Shown here piece after piece: positions 30,701 through 39,447 of a stretch of DNA of 64,000 nucleotides. This DNA comes from Verrucomicrobiota bacterium (GTDB lineage: Bacteria > Verrucomicrobiota > Verrucomicrobiia > Limisphaerales > UBA11358). The position numbers and the translations under genes were made by a program. Position 1 is the stretch's first letter. Every line of letters begins with the position of its first letter. The notes beneath the pieces are model-generated. The model worked only from the letters and a program-made list of their open reading frames with translations, was not told the origin of the DNA and ran no database searches. The stretch is from assembly GCA_049510295.1 (NCBI GenBank), contig JBEKZC010000002.1:57797-121796 (forward strand). Reading direction: 5' to 3'.

Positions 30701-31069
30701 TATGCCATGGGTGGCACGGCAGGCGTTCGTGGCTATCAAGATGGCCAGGCCTATGGCGATACCGGCTGGCGTTTCTCCATCGAACCACAAACGCCCCTCA
30801 TGAACATCGGCAGGGTCGGCAACGAGGGACATGAAGAGCCTTGCTGGGTTCGCGCCTCGGTGTTCCTGGATTATGGCAGGATTTATTTGCTTGCCCAACC
30901 ATCACCCGGCAGTGACAGCCACGAGTCATTTTGCGGTGCGGGTTGGGCCATGACCGCCAATATCGGCAGTCACATGGACGGGCGATTGACGGTCGCCTGG
31001 CCCTTGATCAGTCACGCCGGGGAATCTGACGGCGTTCACGTCTATTTCGGCATTGGTGCTCAATTTTAA
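27707..31069 (+). CDS. AraC-family regulator fused to a ShlB/FhaC (TpsB) outer-membrane transporter
   Basis: AraC HTH (SERHFSRLFREEFG, IINVAYDSGY, FKKRFGMTPSEWR), internal signal-like segment ending AIA-Q, POTRA repeats (YRNQGY, YRERGY), VRGY loop motif, terminal Phe. Confidence 0.85.
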   Translation: MTIERHLLLQELTLRPSGEWTPSHHEWFMVRVAEGVGYWLQPGTARQLSVGDGLLTSSSSNGVLRASQLGPLKLQFFSVQPQYLNGLLTVAEWHQLEVAPNNLTSQISIFTAGEPLAQRFTRLAEQTQREGLPVRCGLLQLWANAIAGLLPAPAMESAEGGRLHERFRQLVGQMPEVELSQCSLRDLAGQLNCSERHFSRLFREEFGVPFRARQIELRLQRARQLLTNSDAKIINVAYDSGYQHLGLFNVMFKKRFGMTPSEWRQQNLRRSLPPQSRKNLPKSVARAGVLLALFILNCISPAIAQTNSIVVPAQSSPTAPAESNAAPYFNVRAYAVKSNTLLATNILTRIFSKYTGTNVGLDEIVKAASDLQLEYRNQGYPTMSIAIAQQQIINGTVTMNVFPMAFPQILVSGKRYVSSGNRTQVSSNLSAAEPALPQMAPAVFAPTTNAVPLATGHQTVAAGPEAMARVRAALFQKLAELNAKEQDTRVHVVSTNAGPRFAVDKYLVMGNSVLPPEAIARAITNVDGAFGTNTSFDGIRAVMIELQKAYRERGYVTVSVGLPQQKLTNATVKVKVTEGRLAAINVTGNRYFSSNDVMRSLPSLQTNILLNSHILQRELDNANASRDRQIYPVIGPGPEPDTSELTLKVQDQLPLHARLELNNQATPGTPDLRANLNVQYDNLWDLEHQVGIQYNFTPEQLKNSDPYYTTPFDNPLIANYSAYYRLPLGGYNSVEQQVDANPGSFGYNEITHQFQVPPPTGRPELTLYASRSTSDTGVQMGPRNVIIGATPSGNPTNLEAIGTQTAGENVTLNEGLGFKFSLPLPALDKLASTLTFGADYKKYQANSANANIFYALTSTTNNGSAYKFGDVLYTLQSVRPTAVDYFPLNVGWNGSLPDTLGTTFFNAQVNFNILPIFSEENTQVTTTNVTTTETNVVTTTKTIHDHSFSSVAYTTNARPHYVTLQLGANRIQTIYKDWSVKFHADGQWADGALISNEQYAMGGTAGVRGYQDGQAYGDTGWRFSIEPQTPLMNIGRVGNEGHEEPCWVRASVFLDYGRIYLLAQPSPGSDSHESFCGAGWAMTANIGSHMDGRLTVAWPLISHAGESDGVHVYFGIGAQF

Positions 31070-31087
31070 ATGCCATGACCAACAACA

Positions 31088-31109
31088 TGTCACCAATTTG
31101 TAACGTACG
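31088..31109 (+). promoter_or_regulatory. Pho-box-like site upstream of tpsA
   Basis: TGTCACCAATT|TGTAACGTACG, 11-bp spacing, 40 nt before the ATG at 31150. Confidence 0.7.
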
Positions 31110-31149
31110 GTCGCACGCGATTGCCCTAAACTTAAAAATTAGGATTGTT

Positions 31150-34100
31150 ATGCGCACACTGTATCGCCACTCCAAGTTCCGCCGGCTGGTTACCGCGGTT
31201 CTGATGCTTGGTATTGCGCTGGACGCGCCGGCCAATCCAACAGGCATGACCGTGCATGGCGGTTCCGCCACCGCCACCAGCAGCGGTTCACAACTCACCG
31301 TCACCACGACTTCGCAAAACACCGTCCTCAATTGGCAGAGCTTCAACATTGGTGCCGGCGAGACCACGATTTTTCAGGAACCTTCCACCACCTCAATCGT
31401 GTGGAACCAGATCAACAATGCGAACCCGTCGCAGATTTACGGCAGTCTCCAGGCCAATGGCATCGTGGTGCTGCTCAATTCCTCCGGTTTTTATTTTGGA
31501 CCTAACTCGTTTGTGAGCGCCGCCGGGCTGGTCGTTTCCACCGCGAATTACATCCCGCCGCAAAATTCCGGCGGCGGTTGGGAGTTCAACGGCCCGCCCC
31601 CGCTCGCCAGCATCGTCAACTACGGGCAGATCAACATTGGCCAGGGTGGCTCGGCATTTTTGATCGCCGACCACGTCGAGAACCACGGCACCATCAGCGC
31701 GCCCGGCGGTACTGTTGGCTTGGCGGCGGGACAGACCGTGCTCTTGAGCGATCGTCCCGACGGTCGCGGCATGAGCATGCAGGTCACGCTGCCCAGCGGT
31801 TCAGTGGACAATGAAGGCCGGCTCATCGCCGACGGCGGAACGATTGCCATGAACGCCAAAGTGGTGAACCAAAATGGTTTCATCCAGGCCAACTCGGTGC
31901 AGAATGTCAACGGCACCATCGAACTCGTCGCTTCCGATCAACTGACGCTGGGTGCGAACTCTCAAATCATCGCCAGCGGTGACAATTCGCCGGCCGGCAG
32001 CGCTGGTGGCAATGTGACGCTTCAATCAGGAAAAGATTTCAGCGACAGCGTTGGCAGTCAAATCATCACCACCGGTGGCACGCAAGGTGGTAACGGCGGC
32101 GACGTCGAAATCAGCGCGCCAAACGTCCTGTCGCTGAATTCCAGCATCAACGCGCGGGCGCAGGCGGGTTGGACGGCGGGGAAATTGTTGCTGGACCCGG
32201 ATTACATCATTTTGGACACGACCGGCTCCGGCAGCGCCGGCAGTGGTACCGTGTTGGCCGGGAGCAATCCCGGCAGCACGCTGGATTTGAACGTGAACAG
32301 CGCGTTCGCCAACCTTGCGGTTTCCACGATCATTCTTCAGGCCGTGTATGACATCACGCTCGCCAGCGGCACGTCGTGGAACCTGAGTCAGACCATCGGG
32401 GCAAATTTCGGAGGTGTGACCAGCGGCCAACTGACGCTGGAGGCCGGGCGCAACATCATCTTTCAATATGACAACGTTTCTCAAAATGGCTCTTCAATTT
32501 CTGACGCCAACAATTGGTCCATCGCCCTTTATGCCGGGGTCAGCGATTTTACCCAGCCAACGCCAACGGTCACACCTGGCAAGGGTTTAATCTCGTTCTT
32601 CGATGAATACGATCCAAACAACCCTCAACCCATCACCCAACCTAGTGGATACATTCAAACCGCCACGGGGAACATCACCTTGGTTGCCGGGCAGGCCATT
32701 ACAGTAGGTTCTGGATATGTGATCACGACGGGGGGTGGCAGCATCAGCGCCCATGCCTTGGCGGGAAACATTGACACCGGCAACTACGCGGAAGGCTACA
32801 GTTTTCTTGGTCAGCCTAATTTGAGTGATGGTTTGGGCGGCATCAGCACCGAAGCGGGCGGTGATGTGACGCTCATCGCAGGTGGTGACGTGAAAAGTGT
32901 ATTGCCCGGCAGCGGTGTTTATTATTACGACGGCAATCCAGTGCCAATCAACAACGACGATTACATGACGGCGGGTTCCGGTGCTTATGGCTCCCAACCC
33001 GGGAATGTGACCATCGTGGCGGGTGGCAATGTGACCGGTAATTATCTCGTGGCCAACGGCACGGGCGTCATCTACGCCGGGGTGAAAATGGTCAACGGCG
33101 TTCCCGTGGACGCCAATGGCAATCCCGTCACGGATGGCAAAAGTTATGTTTTGGATTCGAGTTCCACGGGCAGCGCCGGGACGGCGGACAATGAACTGGC
33201 GTTGAATCTGATCACGGGCGGCTGGACGGTGGACGCGGCGCAGGACGTCTACCTCCAGGAAGTCCGCAATCCCAATGGCGTCTTTGACATCAATGGCGGA
33301 CGCTCTAACGTCCATAAATTTAATTACGCGGCTGGCGACTATGTTGATTTGAACGCGGGAAACCTGGTGCAGTTGGGCGCAGATCCCTCGGTGCTGCCAC
33401 GACCGACGGGCATCCAGGTGCCATTCATTTATCCCTCCATCTTGAATATCACTGCGGGTGCGGGTGGTGTGGAATTGGTGGGCGGCAGCACCGATCCATT
33501 TAACCAATTGATTTTATTCCCTTCACCGCAGGGAAGCCTCACCATCAACACCACGGACGGCGGCTCGCTTTTCAGTGACCTGGCGTCTTCTGGCGGAGTC
33601 CCCCAAATTTTCAATCTAATCGTCTCGGACAGCGGCAGCCTGCAACTTACCACGAGTTCCTCCGATGCGAGCTGCACCTTTGGCATAAACGATCATGCCG
33701 CCTCGCCGATTCATGCCCCCACACTGACTGATCCCGACAATTCCACCCCGATCGCCCTGAACATCTCGGGGGATATGAGCCTGGTGTTGCTGGCCGCTCC
33801 CGAGGCGGCGCAAATTAATGTGGTTGGCAACATGTACAACTGCCGGTTTCAGGGCATGAACTTGTATGCCAACGACGTAACCAGCATCAATGTCGGTCAG
33901 ACCGCCAAGGAAAACATGGAGAACAGCGGTTTGCTCAATCGCAACACGGATTCCGGCATCACGGTGGGTGGTGACATCATTAACCGGGGCGCTTTCACCT
34001 CCGTTACCCTTGATTTGACTCAGACTGGCGTGCAAGCCCCGGACATGGATTATCTTTCAGAAGCAATAAACAACGCAATTGGCAGCACTTCCATTTCGGC

Positions 34101-35865
34101 AGCCACACTGACCACGAGTTTATATTATAATCCCCAAACCGGTGTCCTGACCTATCAGAACATCTCCGGGGTGAGCATTGCCAGTGTTCTGAACCTGCTG
34201 CAAAATTTGACGGTCCAAGTTTACCAAAATGGCGTCCCCGAACTCGACAGCAATGGTAATCCCGTAACGACTACCGTTTCCGTCTTGACCTCCGCAACCG
34301 CGCAAGCACTTCTGGCTCAATATAACGCGGAGAACGCGTTCAGCGGGATTCCTGCCGGTTCGGGGCCTCCTGACGGCACTTACGGTTACACCATTGGCGG
34401 CGGTGGACAATTCAACATTACGGCACGGACCATAGACCTGGGAACCACCGCCGGGATCCAATCGGAGGGCGTGGGGCTTTATACGGTTCGCGGCAATTAT
34501 CCACTCGCCAGTTTGTTTGGCAACGGAGGCGTGTTCGATCATGGGGCCGACATCACCATCACCACCACCGGGAACCACTCCGAGGGAGAAACTGCCGGCG
34601 ATCTCGTCGGAGACTTGGACATGTATTCCAGTTCCATCGCCTCTTTGCAGGGCGGCAATATCACCATCTACGCCGGCGGAGATATCAATGCCGGCTCGGC
34701 GGATTTTTCCGTCAACACCGCTTCTGCTCGCGGCATTTATTCGACGGATCAAGGCAATGTTTTTGTTTACGCCGACGGGGACATCAATGTCAATGGTTCC
34801 CGGATTGGCGTCTATGACACACGCCAGGACAATGGTTCCACGACGCCCGGCGGTTCCGTAACCGTGGTGTCCAGGAATGGCAATATAGACGCGGGAAGCG
34901 GTGGTTCCGGGTTTGTGGGCGTCAGTTCTTATCTGGTTAATCCCGACCAGTCGGTTACCGCGGAGTCATCAACCATTCCGGGCAGCGGCATCATGGAAGT
35001 TTCGTACACCCAAAACGGCAATATCTTGATTGAAGCCCCCAATGGCTCGGTCAACGCCGCTGCGGGTGGCATCCTCCAACTGCTCTTGAACGGGCCTCCA
35101 CTTCCTGAATCAACAACTCTTTTTGGTTTGCCGCTTAATCATGCAGCCCTGGCAAAAATGTTTGATCTGGCGCTTAACGGCAAGATGAAGGCCGCTCTGG
35201 ACTTGCAACAGGTTCTCAATGGCAATCCAGGAAATAGTGTGGTGGATGTTTTTGCGGGTTATGAATTGCAACAACTGGATGGTTCCGGCAATCCCATTGT
35301 GGATGCCTATGGCGACCCAGTGATCACAGCCCTCAATCTGTCTGAAGGCACACTGGTGAAAACATCCGACAATCAGGATATAACCGCCACCGGATCGGGA
35401 GTATTGGGTGCCGGCACGGTAACCATGGATGCTTCCGGTAACATCACGGGAAACATTTTTACCCTCGGCGGTTTAAACATAACGGCCGTTAACAACGTTG
35501 ATGTAAATGCTTTGGGACTTGGCCCTGTTGTTATCGTTGCAGCCAACCTTGGTCCTAGCATTATTGTCGGTATCCAAGGTGTCTCTGCTACCGGCGACAC
35601 GAGTGGCGCTTCGTTATTATCAAACAACCAAGTCAGCGGCGGCCAGAACAGCATGGCTGCCGGCACGGCTGCGGATGCGGCCAGCCAGGGAGCGGCCAGT
35701 GAAACTTCCACCAGTCCAGCCAAAAATGACGACACGACTGCCACCGATGACGACGTGAAGAAAAAAGGCAAGGCGGCGGCCACGGTGCAAAAGAAGGGCC
35801 GCGTGACCGTTTTGTTGCCGCCGAAGAATTTATCCCAAAACCAAACCTCAAGTAACCATTTATGA
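31150..35865 (+). CDS. Filamentous haemagglutinin-family (TpsA) exoprotein with a DUF3739-like C-terminal region
   Basis: Signal peptide then NPTG, LNWQSFNIG, SQIYGSLQANG TPS domain; beta-helical repeats; GGNITIYAGGDINAG...VNGSRI...SRNGNIDAG; start set at ATG 31150. Confidence 0.88.
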   Translation: MRTLYRHSKFRRLVTAVLMLGIALDAPANPTGMTVHGGSATATSSGSQLTVTTTSQNTVLNWQSFNIGAGETTIFQEPSTTSIVWNQINNANPSQIYGSLQANGIVVLLNSSGFYFGPNSFVSAAGLVVSTANYIPPQNSGGGWEFNGPPPLASIVNYGQINIGQGGSAFLIADHVENHGTISAPGGTVGLAAGQTVLLSDRPDGRGMSMQVTLPSGSVDNEGRLIADGGTIAMNAKVVNQNGFIQANSVQNVNGTIELVASDQLTLGANSQIIASGDNSPAGSAGGNVTLQSGKDFSDSVGSQIITTGGTQGGNGGDVEISAPNVLSLNSSINARAQAGWTAGKLLLDPDYIILDTTGSGSAGSGTVLAGSNPGSTLDLNVNSAFANLAVSTIILQAVYDITLASGTSWNLSQTIGANFGGVTSGQLTLEAGRNIIFQYDNVSQNGSSISDANNWSIALYAGVSDFTQPTPTVTPGKGLISFFDEYDPNNPQPITQPSGYIQTATGNITLVAGQAITVGSGYVITTGGGSISAHALAGNIDTGNYAEGYSFLGQPNLSDGLGGISTEAGGDVTLIAGGDVKSVLPGSGVYYYDGNPVPINNDDYMTAGSGAYGSQPGNVTIVAGGNVTGNYLVANGTGVIYAGVKMVNGVPVDANGNPVTDGKSYVLDSSSTGSAGTADNELALNLITGGWTVDAAQDVYLQEVRNPNGVFDINGGRSNVHKFNYAAGDYVDLNAGNLVQLGADPSVLPRPTGIQVPFIYPSILNITAGAGGVELVGGSTDPFNQLILFPSPQGSLTINTTDGGSLFSDLASSGGVPQIFNLIVSDSGSLQLTTSSSDASCTFGINDHAASPIHAPTLTDPDNSTPIALNISGDMSLVLLAAPEAAQINVVGNMYNCRFQGMNLYANDVTSINVGQTAKENMENSGLLNRNTDSGITVGGDIINRGAFTSVTLDLTQTGVQAPDMDYLSEAINNAIGSTSISAATLTTSLYYNPQTGVLTYQNISGVSIASVLNLLQNLTVQVYQNGVPELDSNGNPVTTTVSVLTSATAQALLAQYNAENAFSGIPAGSGPPDGTYGYTIGGGGQFNITARTIDLGTTAGIQSEGVGLYTVRGNYPLASLFGNGGVFDHGADITITTTGNHSEGETAGDLVGDLDMYSSSIASLQGGNITIYAGGDINAGSADFSVNTASARGIYSTDQGNVFVYADGDINVNGSRIGVYDTRQDNGSTTPGGSVTVVSRNGNIDAGSGGSGFVGVSSYLVNPDQSVTAESSTIPGSGIMEVSYTQNGNILIEAPNGSVNAAAGGILQLLLNGPPLPESTTLFGLPLNHAALAKMFDLALNGKMKAALDLQQVLNGNPGNSVVDVFAGYELQQLDGSGNPIVDAYGDPVITALNLSEGTLVKTSDNQDITATGSGVLGAGTVTMDASGNITGNIFTLGGLNITAVNNVDVNALGLGPVVIVAANLGPSIIVGIQGVSATGDTSGASLLSNNQVSGGQNSMAAGTAADAASQGAASETSTSPAKNDDTTATDDDVKKKGKAAATVQKKGRVTVLLPPKNLSQNQTSSNHL

Positions 35866-36695
35866 CCACCATGCTCATACATCCCATCCTCGCCTCCGGC
35901 GCGTTGCAGTTCGCCTTCGAAAAGGCCACGATCGAAGGCAAAATCACCATCGGTTCGCTGTTCATCCTGTCCATGTTCAGTTGGACGATCATCATCACCA
36001 AGTTTCGCCAGCTTTCCATCGCGCGGCGGGCGGCCAAAAAATTCTTCGCCGCCTACAGCGCCACGCGCGATCCACTGGACATCAAACGCAAGGGCGAGAA
36101 CTACGAAGGCGCGCCCGCTTACCAGCTTTACAGCCGCGCGGCCGACGAGCTGGATTACCACCTCAAGCACAACCCCGTCATCGTGAAGGACCGGCGCCGC
36201 ATCAGCGCCGCGTCGTTTGAAGCCGTGAAGGTGACGCTGGAGGAAGCCGCCGCCACCGAGGCCATGGCCTTGGAAAAGGGCATGATCGTGCTGTCCACGG
36301 CCGTGGCCGGCGGGCCGTTCATCGGTCTGCTCGGCACGGTTTGGGGCGTCATGGAAACGTTTGCCGGCATTGCCCGGGCCAATGCCGCGAGTCTTACCGC
36401 CATGGCGCCCGGTGTGGCCGGCGCGTTGATTGCCACGGTCACCGGCCTGCTCGTCGCCATTCCCGCCATGTTCGCCTACAACTTCATGGTCACCACCATC
36501 CGCCACATCACGCAGGAACTGGACGGTTACGCCACCCGTTACGCCACCCAGATTGAACATGCCTACGTGGACAACCGCCCCCTCTCGGAGGAACTCAAGC
36601 AGGCCAACGAAGCGCTGGCCGTGAGCCTGGTCGCCGCCCTCAAGGGCGACGAGAATGTGTTGCGCAACACGCCGGTGTTCGCCGCCGAACGTTAA
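35862..36695 (+). CDS. exbB: MotA/TolQ/ExbB proton channel subunit
   Basis: GPFIGLLGTVWGVM, APGVAGALIATVTGLLVAIPA. Confidence 0.9.
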   Translation: MTTMLIHPILASGALQFAFEKATIEGKITIGSLFILSMFSWTIIITKFRQLSIARRAAKKFFAAYSATRDPLDIKRKGENYEGAPAYQLYSRAADELDYHLKHNPVIVKDRRRISAASFEAVKVTLEEAAATEAMALEKGMIVLSTAVAGGPFIGLLGTVWGVMETFAGIARANAASLTAMAPGVAGALIATVTGLLVAIPAMFAYNFMVTTIRHITQELDGYATRYATQIEHAYVDNRPLSEELKQANEALAVSLVAALKGDENVLRNTPVFAAER

Positions 36696-36707
36696 GGCCG
36701 TCGTGCC

Positions 36708-37121
36708 ATGAAGAAATGTTCCCATTCCGAGCACGAAACGCTCACGCAGTTGAACATCACGCCGTTGCTCGACCTGGCGTTCGTGTTGCTGGTCATTTTC
36801 ATCATCACCACCACACCCATTGTGAATGACCTTGATCTGAACCTGCCGACGGCGGCGAGGCACCAGAAAGACCCGCCGCGCAAGGCCAATTACATTTCCG
36901 TTCAGGCCGACGGGAAAATTTATTTGAATACCAAGAAGGTGGGCATAAGCGACCTGTTGCAAACGCTCGTGGGCCTGCGCATGGACGACCCGGACTTGAA
37001 CATCGTCGTGCGCGGCGACGGCAAGACGAAATACCGGCAGATTCGCGCTGTGCTCGACGCCTGCCAGCAGGCCAACGTCATGAAAGTGGACCTGGCCACC
37101 GAACCCGCCGGCCAGTTTTAA
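36708..37121 (+). CDS. exbD: ExbD/TolR subunit
   Basis: LNITPLLDLAFVLLVIFII, VVRGD. Confidence 0.9.
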   Translation: MKKCSHSEHETLTQLNITPLLDLAFVLLVIFIITTTPIVNDLDLNLPTAARHQKDPPRKANYISVQADGKIYLNTKKVGISDLLQTLVGLRMDDPDLNIVVRGDGKTKYRQIRAVLDACQQANVMKVDLATEPAGQF

Positions 37122-37122
37122 C

Positions 37123-37800
37123 ATGCAACCGCAAACCCAGCCGCGCAAACCGCGCAACTCGTCGAAGGTGAACCTGGCCATCTCGGTCACCTTCCACGTG
37201 GTGCTGGTGGTGGCGTTGTTTTACCTGGCGGCCCGCCAAGGGTTTCTGGGCAAGCAACTTCAGAAAATCTCGGTGGAAATGGTGAGGGAAAAACCGCCGG
37301 AAAAACCCAAGGAACCTGAAAAACCGAAAGTCGAGCCGCCCAAGGTGGAAACGCCGAAGGTCGAAACCCCCAAGATGGTCGAAATGCCCGCGCCCCAGCC
37401 GACGGCCGTGGCGGCGGTCACCGCGCCGCCGGCCATCGCGCCGCCGTCGGTCGATCTGCCGTCGTTTGAATTCGAAGGCGGCAAGGCGGTCGAGACCAGC
37501 TCCGATGCGGTGCAGGTTTACAAAGGTTACCTGGAATATGCGTTGCGGTCTAAATGGAACCGGCCGGATGACCGGCCGGATGACAATTACGTGGCCGAGG
37601 TGGAAGTGGCGGTCAACCGCACGGGCGACGTCAGCGACCCAGCCTGGAGAAAAGGCTCCGGCGACCCGAAATGGGACGAGTCCGTGAAAAAGGTGTTTGC
37701 CACGGTCAGCCGCCTTGACCATCCGCCGCCGACGAATTTCCCGCCGCGGGTGACCATCCGGTTTGACGTGCAGGAGGAAACCGAACCCGTGTTGCAATGA
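37123..37800 (+). CDS. TonB/TolA-like energy transducer
   Basis: N-terminal TM with SxxxH, Pro/Lys/Glu linker, C-terminal KGSGDPKWDESV domain. Confidence 0.82.
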   Translation: MQPQTQPRKPRNSSKVNLAISVTFHVVLVVALFYLAARQGFLGKQLQKISVEMVREKPPEKPKEPEKPKVEPPKVETPKVETPKMVEMPAPQPTAVAAVTAPPAIAPPSVDLPSFEFEGGKAVETSSDAVQVYKGYLEYALRSKWNRPDDRPDDNYVAEVEVAVNRTGDVSDPAWRKGSGDPKWDESVKKVFATVSRLDHPPPTNFPPRVTIRFDVQEETEPVLQ

Positions 37801-38216
37801 AAAAGATCTCCCATTCCCATCATAGCACCCTGAACGAGCTGAACATCACGCCGCTGCTGGACCTGGTGTTTGTTTTGCTGGTGATCTTCATCATCACCAC
37901 GCCGCAGTTGATGAACAACCTGGAAATGAACCTGCCGTCGGGCAAACCACCGCCGAAGAAGGCGGCTGAGCCGAAGATCAACAAGATCGCGGTGGACGGG
38001 CGGGGGCAAATCACCTTCAACAGCGAAGTGGTCACAGTGACGCAATTAAAAGAAACGCTGCAGCAACTCAAGGCGGCCGATCCCGGACTCAGCGTGGTGG
38101 TGAAAGGCGCCGACGAGGTGGATTACCAGTTCATGGTCAACGTTCTGGATGTCCTCCGCCAGCTCGACATCACCAAGGTGGGTTTGGCGACGGAAGCCGG
38201 CGCGACTAACCCATAA
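37797..38216 (+). CDS. exbD: Second ExbD/TolR subunit
   Basis: LNITPLLDLVFVLLVIFII. Confidence 0.9.
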   Translation: MKKISHSHHSTLNELNITPLLDLVFVLLVIFIITTPQLMNNLEMNLPSGKPPPKKAAEPKINKIAVDGRGQITFNSEVVTVTQLKETLQQLKAADPGLSVVVKGADEVDYQFMVNVLDVLRQLDITKVGLATEAGATNP

Positions 38217-38414
38217 AAAATTTGTTCCGACTGGACCGGGATTCCGCCAATGCCGGCGTGCGCGACGCCTTTTGCCTCAACACCTTTCCACCATCCCAAA
38301 GTCATGGCAACGGCCAGCAACCACCCGCGCCCGCCCCGATGCCCGCGCCGCAGGCCGCCAAAGCGTAAATCATTTGTTCGAGCGGTTGATGAAAATATGA
38401 ACGATGAGACAACG

Positions 38415-38555
38415 AGCGGCCTCCGGCAACGGGGGCCGCTTTTTGTAACAAAAAAGTTCTAGACACGATTTTGAAATCGGCGTATGACAGCAACCAGTAG
38501 GGCAATCTGGGCTTCAAAGTGCCAAGTTTGTTTCGGTTGTTGTTTTTGAATCGGG
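38415..38555 (+). repeat. Terminator-plus-promoter repeat, copy A
   Basis: AGCGGCCTCCG-GCAA-CGGGGGCCGCT-TTTT, then TAGACA-N17-TATGAC and GGGCTTCAAAGTGCCA; related copies at 41800-41911 and 42637-42729. Confidence 0.75.
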
Positions 38556-38656
38556 AGATTACCTGTCACGTTAAAATTAAAAAAGGACAACTATAAACAT
38601 CATTTGGAGATTTATGCCAAATCCGTGAACCATTAACGACCGACTACGCAAAACCT

Positions 38657-38824
38657 ATGGCAAAAATTGATGCGGATGATCTGCGTCTAAACTACAACCC
38701 GGAACAGCCGCAGGAACGATTCAAAGCTGCGGGCGTCAGAGCTGCGCTCGTGGCAAAAGCAAGCGACCGTATTCCCAGTCCGGTCCCTTGGCCTGCCGCC
38801 AGCAAACCAACGCCAAACCGGTAA
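38657..38824 (+). CDS. 55-aa peptide (below the ORF-track cutoff)
   Basis: MAKIDADDLRLNYNPEQPQERFKAAGVRAALVAKASDRIPSPVPWPAASKPTPNR*, ending 16 nt before the next gene. Confidence 0.5.
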   Translation: MAKIDADDLRLNYNPEQPQERFKAAGVRAALVAKASDRIPSPVPWPAASKPTPNR

Positions 38825-38840
38825 ATGAAAGGGTTATTTT

Positions 38841-39383
38841 ATGGAAGGAAGACCGTCTAAAATTGCTTTGCTGATCGGCATTCTTGGGCTTCTCACCGCG
38901 CTGGTCACAAACCTTGATAAAATACAGGAGCTTGTTGACTCCTTTCGCTCGCCTACCGAGCCCGTCATTTCCGGCGAGTGGACAGGTGTGTTTAAGGAAT
39001 ACTGGCCTGAAACGCCGGACTCCTTACATGGCGCAACAGAAACGATAACGTTTACTTGTGACAAGCACAACAAAGTTGCGGCAAAAATTGGAACACCAGT
39101 TGGTGAAAAGCGGCATTGGAAAGCCGTTGGCGAGATTGTCGGGTCACAGAACAATCGGATGTTTGTAATGTATTATGTCAGCACCGACCCGGAGCGTCCC
39201 ATGAGCAACGGTGCGTATGTTCTTAACTATGATGTCACCAAGAACTCATACTTCGGTTATCGGATGGGATATGACAAGGACCTTAAAAAAATTGTCGCCT
39301 TTCCGTATATTCTTACCCTGGAGAACTCCGCTACGGCTCAAGAAAGTTATAAGGACTATCTAAATAAGCCTGCGCTTTATTGA
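38841..39383 (+). CDS. Single-TM protein with a beta-strand-rich (lipocalin/Cap15-like) domain
   Basis: TM helix, then ISGEWTG and about 8 predicted strands (FVMYYVS, GAYVLNY, YFGYRMG); lower GC. Confidence 0.6.
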   Translation: MEGRPSKIALLIGILGLLTALVTNLDKIQELVDSFRSPTEPVISGEWTGVFKEYWPETPDSLHGATETITFTCDKHNKVAAKIGTPVGEKRHWKAVGEIVGSQNNRMFVMYYVSTDPERPMSNGAYVLNYDVTKNSYFGYRMGYDKDLKKIVAFPYILTLENSATAQESYKDYLNKPALY

Positions 39384-39447
39384 ACTTTCGCCGCCCGCAT
39401 CATCTGCAGCGCCTCAACAATCGTCAAAATTGAAAATAAATTAGATT

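Noticed and set aside
35373-37190. 605-aa minus-strand ORF
   Set aside because: Antisense to tpsA, exbB and exbD; a codon-bias artefact
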